From: a virus
Lineage: Duplodnaviria; Heunggongvirae; Uroviricota; Caudoviricetes
Length of the DNA: 39,560 bases
IMG/VR virus record: IMGVR_UViG_2548876940_000011
Direction: 5' to 3' (one strand)
In this document: positions 17,415 through 25,725 of the stretch, piece by piece
Layout of the letters: each line of letters opens with the position of its first letter
Position numbering within the stretch: the stretch's first letter is position 1
The notes under the pieces: generated by a model
The model's input: the letters and a program-made list of their open reading frames with translations, nothing else
Databases searched by the model: none
What the model was told of the DNA's origin: nothing
Translations under genes and position numbers: made by a program

Positions 17415-18729
17415 TTTAGGTTATGCCGCCACGCTTCCCTCAAAAGAGGCGGTAGCATACTTCCGTGTCAAAGGGGCGCATATCAGCTGGAACTGGTTCG
17501 AAACAGCCGCGGATGTTCATGCCCGCTCATTCACGGCAGCAAAAGCGGCACGCCTGGATGTGGTGACCACGTTACAGGCCGAAGTGCAGCGGGCCATTGA
17601 TGAGGGAATTTCACAGAAAGCATTTATCCGCACGCTGACGCCACGCCTGCAAAAGCTGGGATGGTGGGGAAAGCAGATTGTGGTGGACAGCGACGGTAAC
17701 GCGGAAGAAGTGCAACTGGGCAGTCCCCGTCGTCTGGCGCTGATTTACAACGTGAACACCCGGGTGGCTTACAATGCCGGGCGTTACACGCAGATGATGA
17801 ACAACACGGACACGCATCCGTTCTGGCAGTATGTGGCGGTCATGGACAGCCGTACCCGCCCGTCGCATTCCGCCCTTAACGGTCTGGTATTCCGCTATGA
17901 CGATCCGTTCTGGAAAACACACTACCCACCTAATGGCTGGAACTGCCGCTGCCGTGTGCGGCCATTGTCTCAGGCTCGTCTGGATGCAATGGGGTTATCC
18001 GTTTCATCCGGTGAGGATCATCTCTCCACCCGCAATGTTGAGGCTGGCGTGGATAAACAGACCGGAGAAGTCAGAGAAATGCCGGTGACCACATATTCAG
18101 ATGGCACCAGAACCATGACACCGGATGTGGGCTGGTCATATAACCCCGGCTCGGCAGCGTTCGGCACAGACCAGGCGCTGATCCGCAAACTGATCGAGGT
18201 GAAAAGCCCGGCGTTACGGGAAATGGTGGTTCAGGAGATGAACAACAGCCCGGAGCGGCAGCTGGCGTTCCGCATCTGGGCAAAAAACATCATGCAGACC
18301 CAGCGAGGTGGTAACGATATCCGCACGCTGGGCTTTATGACTGAAAGCATTGCGCAGGCAGTGGAAAGCCGGACGGGAACGCCACCGGCCCGCCTGCTGG
18401 CGATGAGCGGTAAAAATGTGCTCCATGCAGACAGTGTGAAACATCAGAATGACGGCATCGCCCTGATGCCAGAGGACTTCGGGCGCTTACCGGCAATGCT
18501 GGCAAAGCCAAAAGCGGTGCTGTGGGACAAACGGCACAAAAATCTGATGTATATCGTGGAAAATAAGGATGGCAGTGTGCAGATTGCCGTTAATGCACCG
18601 TACAGTCTGAAACGTCAGCCCGACAAACTGGATGTGATTGTGAATGCTTACCGAGTTATCAATATGGATAAGCTGAAATCGGATATCCGGGGCGGAATGC
18701 TTGAGGTGCTGGAAGGACAAATTGATTAA
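17398..18729 (+). CDS. Head morphogenesis protein (Mu F-like)
   Basis: 443 aa; conserved block DSRTRPSHSALNGLVFRYDDPFWKTHYPPNGWNCRCR typical of Mu F / SPP1 gp7 family. Confidence 0.85.
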   Translation: MTQGIDLGYAATLPSKEAVAYFRVKGAHISWNWFETAADVHARSFTAAKAARLDVVTTLQAEVQRAIDEGISQKAFIRTLTPRLQKLGWWGKQIVVDSDGNAEEVQLGSPRRLALIYNVNTRVAYNAGRYTQMMNNTDTHPFWQYVAVMDSRTRPSHSALNGLVFRYDDPFWKTHYPPNGWNCRCRVRPLSQARLDAMGLSVSSGEDHLSTRNVEAGVDKQTGEVREMPVTTYSDGTRTMTPDVGWSYNPGSAAFGTDQALIRKLIEVKSPALREMVVQEMNNSPERQLAFRIWAKNIMQTQRGGNDIRTLGFMTESIAQAVESRTGTPPARLLAMSGKNVLHADSVKHQNDGIALMPEDFGRLPAMLAKPKAVLWDKRHKNLMYIVENKDGSVQIAVNAPYSLKRQPDKLDVIVNAYRVINMDKLKSDIRGGMLEVLEGQID

Positions 18730-18850
18730 CGGTCAGTGGCGGGGGTCGAACCCGCATACATGATCCACCCGGAGGCAGGCACCGACTTTACCAGTTAAGC
18801 GTACACTGACCGCCTGTTTATTTTATATTCATCCTTTATGCGGAGGCAAT

Positions 18851-19324
18851 ATGTCATCCATTGATGCCGCTGTCGTTGTTGACGTTACGCGTCTCCAGCG
18901 GGTGTTTGCCCGGCTTCAGTTTGTGGGCGGCGGAAAAGACCTGGCCCGCAGTGTGGCGGAGAGTCTTCTGTCATCGTCAGAAATGGCGTTTGAACAGGAA
19001 AAAGAGCCGGACGGCGAACGCTGGCATGACTGGTCAGATCCTTACCGCAAGTGGCGTACCCGTAAGGGATACACGCCCGGCAAAATCCTGACACTGAACG
19101 GCGATCTGGCCCGCCGCCTGACCACGGATTATGGCGATACCTGGGCGCTGATTGGATCAAATGAACCTTATGCGGCCATTCATCAGTGGGGTGGCCTGCC
19201 TGGTATGCCACCGGGACCGGCGGCCATTGGCGCACGTCCGTATATGGGCTTTGCTCAGGTGGCAGAACAGGAGATCATGGACGAAATCAGAAAACGCTTT
19301 AAAAAGGCCACAGAAACGCCGTAA
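18851..19324 (+). CDS. Virion morphogenesis protein (Mu G-like)
   Basis: 157 aa between F and the protease/scaffold gene; call by position and size. Confidence 0.7.
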   Translation: MSSIDAAVVVDVTRLQRVFARLQFVGGGKDLARSVAESLLSSSEMAFEQEKEPDGERWHDWSDPYRKWRTRKGYTPGKILTLNGDLARRLTTDYGDTWALIGSNEPYAAIHQWGGLPGMPPGPAAIGARPYMGFAQVAEQEIMDEIRKRFKKATETP

Positions 19325-19501
19325 TGGTTTAAGGTATACAAACGCATTGCCTTACCCTCTTCAGGCGCGTGTCGTGATTTTCTAACCTGTATTTAACGGG
19401 CTTTAAAATCTGCGTGAAGCGCCTTTCTCATTTTTCCCCTGTCAGCACTTTCTGAAGTCCCGCAAAACCGGCCCCGAAAAACACCGGCTTATGCTGCCGG
19501 A
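19325..19501 (+). promoter_or_regulatory. G-I intergenic region: probable late promoter for the head operon; candidate central gyrase site
   Basis: 177-bp non-coding gap close to the midpoint of the element; in Mu the equivalent gap carries the I promoter and the strong gyrase site. Confidence 0.3.
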
Positions 19502-20626
19502 ATGAAGACGAAAAACACGCCCAAACTTGCTTATGCCATTCTGAATGCCATCAGCCTGTCCGCAGACGGGGACGGTGACTGGTGTCAGATCATGCCAGCC
19601 GGTCGGGTAAAGGCCCGTGACGGTCGCCCGGAAAAACCGGCGGAAGGCTGGCTGATTAACCATGCGGCCGTTGAGCGTATGGTATCCCGGGTTGTGGCGC
19701 TCAATCAGCCGGTAAAAATTGACTACAACCACCAGACCCTGATTAAGGGGCATCCGGCACCGGCTGCCGGTTTTGTCATGGCCTCACCGGAAAACTTCCG
19801 CTTCAGTGAAGAGCGGGGTTTTGAAGTGCGTCCGGACTGGAACCCTCCGGCCATTGAACACCTGCGCAATAACGAATTTCCCTGGTTTTCCCCGGTGATT
19901 GGTTATGACGAAATCACCGGTGAACCTGTTGAGCTTCGGATGCTGGCTATTACCGGTGACCCCGGTCTGACTGGCATGAATCCTGTCGCCGCACTGTCGG
20001 CGGATGACCTTTATAACGCCTTAAACCCTCCTTTAAAGGACACCTCCATGAATGAGCAATTACGCCAGTTGCTGACGGCGCTCGGTCTGACCGTGGCCGA
20101 CGGTGACGAATTTACACCGGAACTGGGCACGGCGGCGCTGTCTGCCCTTACCGGGATCAAAACCCGTGCGGATGCGCACGACACCCTGAAAACGCAGGTT
20201 GCCAGCCTGTCGGCAGAGCTGGAAACCGCAAAAGGCACACCAACTGGCGGCACTATTGATCTGACGAAATACGTGCCCGTTGAGACGTATAACGCCCTGC
20301 GTACCGAATATGTCGCGTTGTCGGCACAACACGGCAGCACCACGCTGGAGCAGTTGCTGGATAAGGCCGAGTCCGAAGGACGCATTTTCAAAAGCGAACG
20401 CGGATACATGGAAGGACTCGGACAACAGATTGGTGTTGCGGCACTTTCTGCACAGCTTGACGCCCGCCAGCCGGTTGCGGCTCTGACCACTCTTCAGACC
20501 GACACCGTAACCGTGCCGGATAAAAAGACCGCCACCGCTGCGCTGTCGGCTGAAGATATCGCCGCCGCCCATCTGCTGGGTAAAACCGAAGCCGAGTTCC
20601 TGAAAATGAAAGAGGAAATGCAATAA
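19502..20626 (+). CDS. Head protease / scaffold (Mu I-like)
   Basis: 374 aa immediately upstream of the major capsid gene; Ala/Thr-rich C-terminal half. Confidence 0.8.
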   Translation: MKTKNTPKLAYAILNAISLSADGDGDWCQIMPAGRVKARDGRPEKPAEGWLINHAAVERMVSRVVALNQPVKIDYNHQTLIKGHPAPAAGFVMASPENFRFSEERGFEVRPDWNPPAIEHLRNNEFPWFSPVIGYDEITGEPVELRMLAITGDPGLTGMNPVAALSADDLYNALNPPLKDTSMNEQLRQLLTALGLTVADGDEFTPELGTAALSALTGIKTRADAHDTLKTQVASLSAELETAKGTPTGGTIDLTKYVPVETYNALRTEYVALSAQHGSTTLEQLLDKAESEGRIFKSERGYMEGLGQQIGVAALSAQLDARQPVAALTTLQTDTVTVPDKKTATAALSAEDIAAAHLLGKTEAEFLKMKEEMQ

Positions 20627-21573
20627 TGCCTACCCCGATCACACCGGCGATGATCACCGCCCTGATGACGGGCTACCGTTCTGATTTTCAGGCCGGGATG
20701 TCCATGGCTCCGTCTCAGTACCAGAAAATTGCGATGACCGTACCGTCCACGTCGAAATCCAACACCTACGGCTGGCTGGGGCAGTTCCCGCAGTTCCGTG
20801 AGTGGATCGGCTCCCGCGTCATCGAGAAGATGAAAGCCTATGGCTACGCCATCGTGAACAAAACCTTTGAAGGCACCGTTGCCATTAGCCGCGATGACTT
20901 TGAAGACGACAATCTTGGCATCTACTCCCCGTTGTTCCAGGAGATGGGGCGCGCTGCGGCGGCACAACCGGATGAACTGGTCTTTGCTGCACTGCGTGAT
21001 GGTCTGAATGCGGCCTGCTATGACGGCCAGAACTTCTTTGATACCGAACACCCTGTTTACCCCAAAGTGGATGGCTCCGGTGATGCACAGATGGTCAGCA
21101 ATATGTTTGTGGCAAAAACCGGCTCTGTCGGTGCACAGGCGGATTACAGCGGCCCGGCCTGGTATCTGCTTGACTGCTCCCGCGCGGTAAAACCGCTGAT
21201 TTATCAGGATCGCCGCAAGGCCGAACTGGTTGCCCAGACAAAAGTCGATGAAGGCCGTGCGTTTACTGATAACGAGTTTGTGTTCGGTGCTTCCGCCCGT
21301 CGCAATGTGGGCTACGGCTTCTGGCAGATGGCCTACATGATGCAGTCACCGCTGACGCTGGATGCGCTGTGGCACGGCTGGTCAGCCATGCGTGACTTTA
21401 AGGCTGACGGTGGCCGCAAACTCGGCATCAAACCCACCCATATTGTTGTCCCCACCTCGCTGGAAAAACAGGCGGTGCAGCTGCTGGAGCGCGAGCTGTT
21501 CGCGGACGGTAACACCACCGTCTCTAACGAGATGAAGGGCAAGCTGGAGCTGGTTGTCGCGGATTATCTGTAA
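20626..21573 (+). CDS. Major capsid protein (Mu T-like)
   Basis: 315 aa; start overlaps protease stop; position and size. Confidence 0.8.
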   Translation: MPTPITPAMITALMTGYRSDFQAGMSMAPSQYQKIAMTVPSTSKSNTYGWLGQFPQFREWIGSRVIEKMKAYGYAIVNKTFEGTVAISRDDFEDDNLGIYSPLFQEMGRAAAAQPDELVFAALRDGLNAACYDGQNFFDTEHPVYPKVDGSGDAQMVSNMFVAKTGSVGAQADYSGPAWYLLDCSRAVKPLIYQDRRKAELVAQTKVDEGRAFTDNEFVFGASARRNVGYGFWQMAYMMQSPLTLDALWHGWSAMRDFKADGGRKLGIKPTHIVVPTSLEKQAVQLLERELFADGNTTVSNEMKGKLELVVADYL

Positions 21574-21616
21574 ACGGTGAGCCGGGCTTACGGCCCGGCC
21601 CCTGCGGAGGGCAAAT

Positions 21617-21970
21617 ATGAATGAACATCACACTGTGGCAGCAACAGATGATTCAGGCCTTCAGGTCAGTGGTGACAGTCCTGTCACGGTACTGGCAGAA
21701 GTGCGTTGCAGTCGTGCGCAGTTTCGTCGTGCGGGGTTCCTGTTCATGCGGGGACGCCAGCAGGTTGACGTCACCCCGGAGCAGCTTGCCCGACTGGAAG
21801 CGGAGCCATGCCTCACTGTACGAATACTACAGACGCCTGGTGATGATGCGGGAGCCGTGGCGGGTGTGGTTCATGCAGAGACCGGTGCAGATTTAGCCGA
21901 AGCCGGACAGGATGCTCCCCGGAAAAAGACCGGCAATAACGCCAGACAGGCGAAAAAGGCTCGCGCATGA
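21617..21970 (+). CDS. Hypothetical head protein (Mu gp35 position)
   Basis: 117 aa; RBS GGAGGG upstream; stop overlaps next start (ATGA); basic C-terminus. Confidence 0.5.
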   Translation: MNEHHTVAATDDSGLQVSGDSPVTVLAEVRCSRAQFRRAGFLFMRGRQQVDVTPEQLARLEAEPCLTVRILQTPGDDAGAVAGVVHAETGADLAEAGQDAPRKKTGNNARQAKKARA

Positions 21971-22386
21971 ATTACGCCACCGAAACCGATATGCGGGCAC
22001 GTTACCGCGAGGATTTGCTCAGGCCATTACTGGCCGTGCCCCGTTCGGATGAGCCGGACACACGCAAGCTGAACCGGGCACTGACGGACGCGTCTGCCCT
22101 TATCGACAGTTACCTGTCTGCCCGTTACACGCTGCCGCTGGCGGTGGTTCCGGCGGTCCTTGTTCAGCATTGCTGCACGATTGCCTTTTATTACCTGTGC
22201 GATCAGCGGGCATCCGATCAGGCGCGTGACCGTTACCGTGAGGCGCTGGCCTGGCTGAAAGATGTCATGAACGGTAACGTGCCGGTCGGCGTGGATACAG
22301 ACGGTGCGGCCCCTGAATCCGGGGATTTACCGCAGGTGCAGCCTGATGCGGCGGTGTTCGGGCGCAACCAGAAGGGCTTTATATGA
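21967..22386 (+). CDS. Mu J-like head-tail joining protein
   Basis: 139 aa; translationally coupled; synteny between capsid and sheath. Confidence 0.65.
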   Translation: MNYATETDMRARYREDLLRPLLAVPRSDEPDTRKLNRALTDASALIDSYLSARYTLPLAVVPAVLVQHCCTIAFYYLCDQRASDQARDRYREALAWLKDVMNGNVPVGVDTDGAAPESGDLPQVQPDAAVFGRNQKGFI

Positions 22387-22946
22387 TTACGGAAACCGAG
22401 CAAGCGTACATCGCCCGTATCCGTGAGTATTTCGGGAATGAACTGGTGTCTGTTGACACACATCCCGGCGACTGGAGCGACAGCGTACTGCGTACCATGC
22501 TGATTAACGCCCCGGCTATCTATGTTGCCTGGCTGGGTGCCGGTGAAGGGCGTACCCGTGGGCGTCTGGTCAGTCACTGGGTGTTCTACGTCATCGGCGA
22601 CATGCTCAATGGCCGTGAGGTCAGCCGTCCCGGGCTTTATCAGATTGTGGCCCGCCTGATTACCTTGCTGGACGGCTTCAGAGCAGAAAAAACCTCACCG
22701 CTTTACTTTGAAAAGGCGGTCAACGGTTACACCGAAACGCAGGCAGGCAGCGGTGCCGTGATGTACGCCCTGTATTTCTCATGCGAGGAAATGATCGACC
22801 CGCTGACGGATATCAGCTCGCTGGATGATTTCCTGCGCCATTACGAAACCTTTACCGAACCGGAAGGCACGCCGGAGTTTAAGGCACACATCCGTCTGCC
22901 TGGTGCAACTGCCGCCGGTGAAAACGCCGGACCGTCAGAGGAATAA
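22383..22946 (+). CDS. Mu K-like head-tail joining / tail terminator protein
   Basis: 187 aa; overlapping start; synteny. Confidence 0.65.
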   Translation: MITETEQAYIARIREYFGNELVSVDTHPGDWSDSVLRTMLINAPAIYVAWLGAGEGRTRGRLVSHWVFYVIGDMLNGREVSRPGLYQIVARLITLLDGFRAEKTSPLYFEKAVNGYTETQAGSGAVMYALYFSCEEMIDPLTDISSLDDFLRHYETFTEPEGTPEFKAHIRLPGATAAGENAGPSEE

Positions 22947-22949
22947 CAG

Positions 22950-23228
22950 ATGACAACCATTTTTATTAAACCTGCGCCGGGATGCCTGATTCGCGATCCC
23001 GACACGATGACTCCGCTCTCACAGGACGGTGAAGAGAAACCCTTCACTCCGTTCTGGTGCCGCCGTCTTAATGATGGTGACGTCATTGTGGTGGATAAAA
23101 CGGAGGAGCCTGCCCCGGCTGCCACAACAGGTAATACCGGCGCGGCGGCAAAACCAGCGGGAGCGGCAGCAGAAAAAACTGCGGCGGTGGCTGAAAAAAC
23201 CGCAGCATCAGATAAGGGGACGTCCTGA
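22950..23228 (+). CDS. Hypothetical small protein upstream of the sheath gene
   Basis: 92 aa; Ala/Lys-rich C-terminus. Confidence 0.55.
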   Translation: MTTIFIKPAPGCLIRDPDTMTPLSQDGEEKPFTPFWCRRLNDGDVIVVDKTEEPAPAATTGNTGAAAKPAGAAAEKTAAVAEKTAASDKGTS

Positions 23229-24730
23229 TGATTAACTTTGATTATATCGGCGATAACAATCGCATTCCGCTGGTACAGATTGAAATCAATAATTCAATGG
23301 CCGTGACCGGCACTCCACCACAGCGTCAGGCGGTACTGTTGTTTGGTCAGGCTGCAATGAAAGACACCACCATTCAGGGGCGCGGTCAGCTTGATGTACC
23401 AGTACGTATTACCCGAGCTTCACAAGCAAGAGAACTCTGGGGGCGAGGTTCCATGATTGCACTGATGGTAGAGGAATTTATCGCCATTAACCCTGACACA
23501 GAGTTATATGCCATTGCACAGGGGGCTGGAACAGGTCAGTCCAGGGCATGCGTGATGAATATCATTGGAACAGCATTGGCAGACGGGGTGTTAAGTGTTT
23601 ACATCGGCGGTCGCCGTTACCTCCTGCCCGTCAGTAAGGGGAAAAAAGGTAAAGAGCTTGTGGAAGAGCTGGCTAAGGTCATTAACGCTGACACTGATGC
23701 GCCATTCACTGCTATCGCAGCTGAAGTCAGTGGTGATAATGCTGAAGGACTTAAAGGCAGCATGGGGGTTAACGCCCGCTTTATCGGTGAATGCTCAGCT
23801 CATGATTTACGGGTGAACTATTATGACGGTGAAACTACACCGGCCGGTCTTACGCTGGAGCTCGTCGCGCCAACACAGAAGGCAACAAACCCCGATATCA
23901 CCCGTAGCGTCTCAGGGATGGGGAATCGTCAGTACAACTACATCGTCATGCCCTATAAGGATGCGGCAAATCTCAAAATTCTGGCGGATGAACTGCTGAA
24001 ACGCTGGGGACCGGTAAAAATGTCGGACGGTATGGTCTGGATGGCGCATACCGGCACCTTCGGTACGGCAACCAGTTTTGGTGAATCCCGTAATGACTTC
24101 CTGTTTACCTGCACTTCTATTCCTAAAGCACCAGAGCCGGATTATGTCTGGGCTGCCTCCATTTGTGCGGTCTGTGCGCCCTCCCTGTCAACGGATCCGG
24201 CCCGACCATTACAGACACTGGCGCTGCCTGCCCGTATGGCACCTGAAGCACCGGATCGTCTGACGCGGGAAGAGCGAAACAGCCTGCTTTATACCGGCAT
24301 GTCCACGGTGACCGTTGCGGCCGCTGATGTGGTGCAGATTGAACGTCAGGTGACGATGTACCGTCAGAATGCATACGGCGAAAGCGATCCCAGCTATCTG
24401 GATGTAGAAACCATCTACACCCTGTCATATCTGCGTTATTCCCTGCGCACCTTTATCACGCAGCGTTTCCCGCGCCACAAACTGGCCGATAACGGTACTC
24501 CCGTCCGGCCCGGTCAGAATATCGTGACGCCGGAGATTATGACGCTCCAGCTGATTGCACTGGGGGAAGAATGGGTGGAACTCGGGCTGGTCGAAAATCT
24601 GGACACCTTTAAAAAGAATCTGCTCGTGGAGCGCAACACAAAAGACCGTAACCGTCTGGATGTGATGTGTACACCGGATCTGGTTAACCAGTTCCGCTTC
24701 ATGGCCGCGCAGATCCGTTTCATTTTGTGA
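23228..24730 (+). CDS. Contractile tail sheath protein (Mu L-like)
   Basis: 500 aa followed directly by a ~120-aa tube gene. Confidence 0.85.
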   Translation: MINFDYIGDNNRIPLVQIEINNSMAVTGTPPQRQAVLLFGQAAMKDTTIQGRGQLDVPVRITRASQARELWGRGSMIALMVEEFIAINPDTELYAIAQGAGTGQSRACVMNIIGTALADGVLSVYIGGRRYLLPVSKGKKGKELVEELAKVINADTDAPFTAIAAEVSGDNAEGLKGSMGVNARFIGECSAHDLRVNYYDGETTPAGLTLELVAPTQKATNPDITRSVSGMGNRQYNYIVMPYKDAANLKILADELLKRWGPVKMSDGMVWMAHTGTFGTATSFGESRNDFLFTCTSIPKAPEPDYVWAASICAVCAPSLSTDPARPLQTLALPARMAPEAPDRLTREERNSLLYTGMSTVTVAAADVVQIERQVTMYRQNAYGESDPSYLDVETIYTLSYLRYSLRTFITQRFPRHKLADNGTPVRPGQNIVTPEIMTLQLIALGEEWVELGLVENLDTFKKNLLVERNTKDRNRLDVMCTPDLVNQFRFMAAQIRFIL

Positions 24731-24738
24731 GGTAAGGC

Positions 24739-25104
24739 ATGAGCGGAAAACAGCATCAGGGCACGGCCACCATCCGTGTGAACGGACAGGAGTACGCCAC
24801 CCTTGAGGGAGCCACGTTCTCCCCGTCCGGCTTTGAGCGTGAAGTGGTGAAAGGCGCGAAAGTCTATGGCTATCGTGAGAAACCCCGTGAGGCGACGCTG
24901 GACTGTAAATTTCCGGCTGGCGGAGAAGGTTCACCGGCTGCCGATGAAATCAACACCTGGACTGCGGTCACGATTGAGTTCGTGGCCGATACCGGTGAAG
25001 TCCATATGATGACGAAGGCTTGGAGCAGTGAACCGGCCTCGCTTGACGGTGGCGGTGATATCTCCGCGAAGTTCGCCAGCGCCACCAGTACCCGTGTCCA
25101 GTAA
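24739..25104 (+). CDS. Tail tube protein (Mu M-like)
   Basis: 121 aa immediately after the sheath gene. Confidence 0.8.
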   Translation: MSGKQHQGTATIRVNGQEYATLEGATFSPSGFEREVVKGAKVYGYREKPREATLDCKFPAGGEGSPAADEINTWTAVTIEFVADTGEVHMMTKAWSSEPASLDGGGDISAKFASATSTRVQ

Positions 25105-25118
25105 TCAGGAAAAATGCA

Positions 25119-25598
25119 ATGACCACACGTAAGAAAAAAACGGCGGTTTCTGACGAGGCCGTGATGGAGGCTATCCGGGATGCACTTGAAGACGGCGATC
25201 CCCGCACCGCCGGGCTGGCTGAACAGCTGGCGAACGGCTATGTGGATCTGCTCGACGGTCTGCCGTTCGGGGAATCCCGTGAATACCGCGTCACCTTCCG
25301 CGAACTGACGGCGAAAGACAGCATTGACGCGGAAACCGAGGCCGAGCGTCTTATGGAAACCCGAAATGGCGGCCCGGTTCTGATAGCCTCGCCGGCACTG
25401 CGCGGCATTGCACTGCTGCGCCGTCAGATTGCCGCTGTTGGCCAGATTGAGGGGCCATTGTCTCCGCGTCAGATCGGACAGCTCAGCGAGCGCGATCTCT
25501 CCCGTCTGATGGCGGCGGTAAGCCTGCTTGATTCCGCGATGGCAGGAAAGCTGGTCGCTGAACGGGGGCGACCAGATGCAGTGCCGGGATCAGATTGA
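25119..25598 (+). CDS. Tail assembly chaperone candidate
   Basis: 159 aa acidic protein between tube and tape-measure genes. Confidence 0.6.
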   Translation: MTTRKKKTAVSDEAVMEAIRDALEDGDPRTAGLAEQLANGYVDLLDGLPFGESREYRVTFRELTAKDSIDAETEAERLMETRNGGPVLIASPALRGIALLRRQIAAVGQIEGPLSPRQIGQLSERDLSRLMAAVSLLDSAMAGKLVAERGRPDAVPGSD

Positions 25599-25722
25599 AG
25601 AAGCCGCAATTGTGCTGGGGATGGTGACAAAAAGCGGCCCGGAGTGGGCGCTTAACCTCCCTTTATCGCAGCTTTACCGGCACTGCCGACAGACCGAAAA
25701 AATTCTCAGAACGAAGCAGTAA
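25528..25722 (+). CDS. Overlapping +1-frame ORF, candidate frameshift extension of the chaperone
   Basis: 64-aa ORF overlaps the last 71 nt of 25119..25598 in the +1 frame and ends 4 nt before the tape-measure start; G-run AACGGGGGCGAC in the overlap. Confidence 0.4.
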   Translation: MIPRWQESWSLNGGDQMQCRDQIEEAAIVLGMVTKSGPEWALNLPLSQLYRHCRQTEKILRTKQ

Positions 25723-25725
25723 CCC

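Noticed and set aside
19152-19385. 77-aa ORF overlapping the end of the G-like gene
   Set aside because: Alternative frame of a supported gene, extending into the intergenic region; no RBS seen.
20060-20623. 187-aa minus-strand ORF inside the protease/scaffold gene
   Set aside because: Antisense overlap with a conserved head gene; no independent support.
21621-21896. 91-aa ORF in an alternative frame to 21617..21970
   Set aside because: Trp/Arg-rich translation; the other frame couples to the next gene by an ATGA overlap and has the better RBS.
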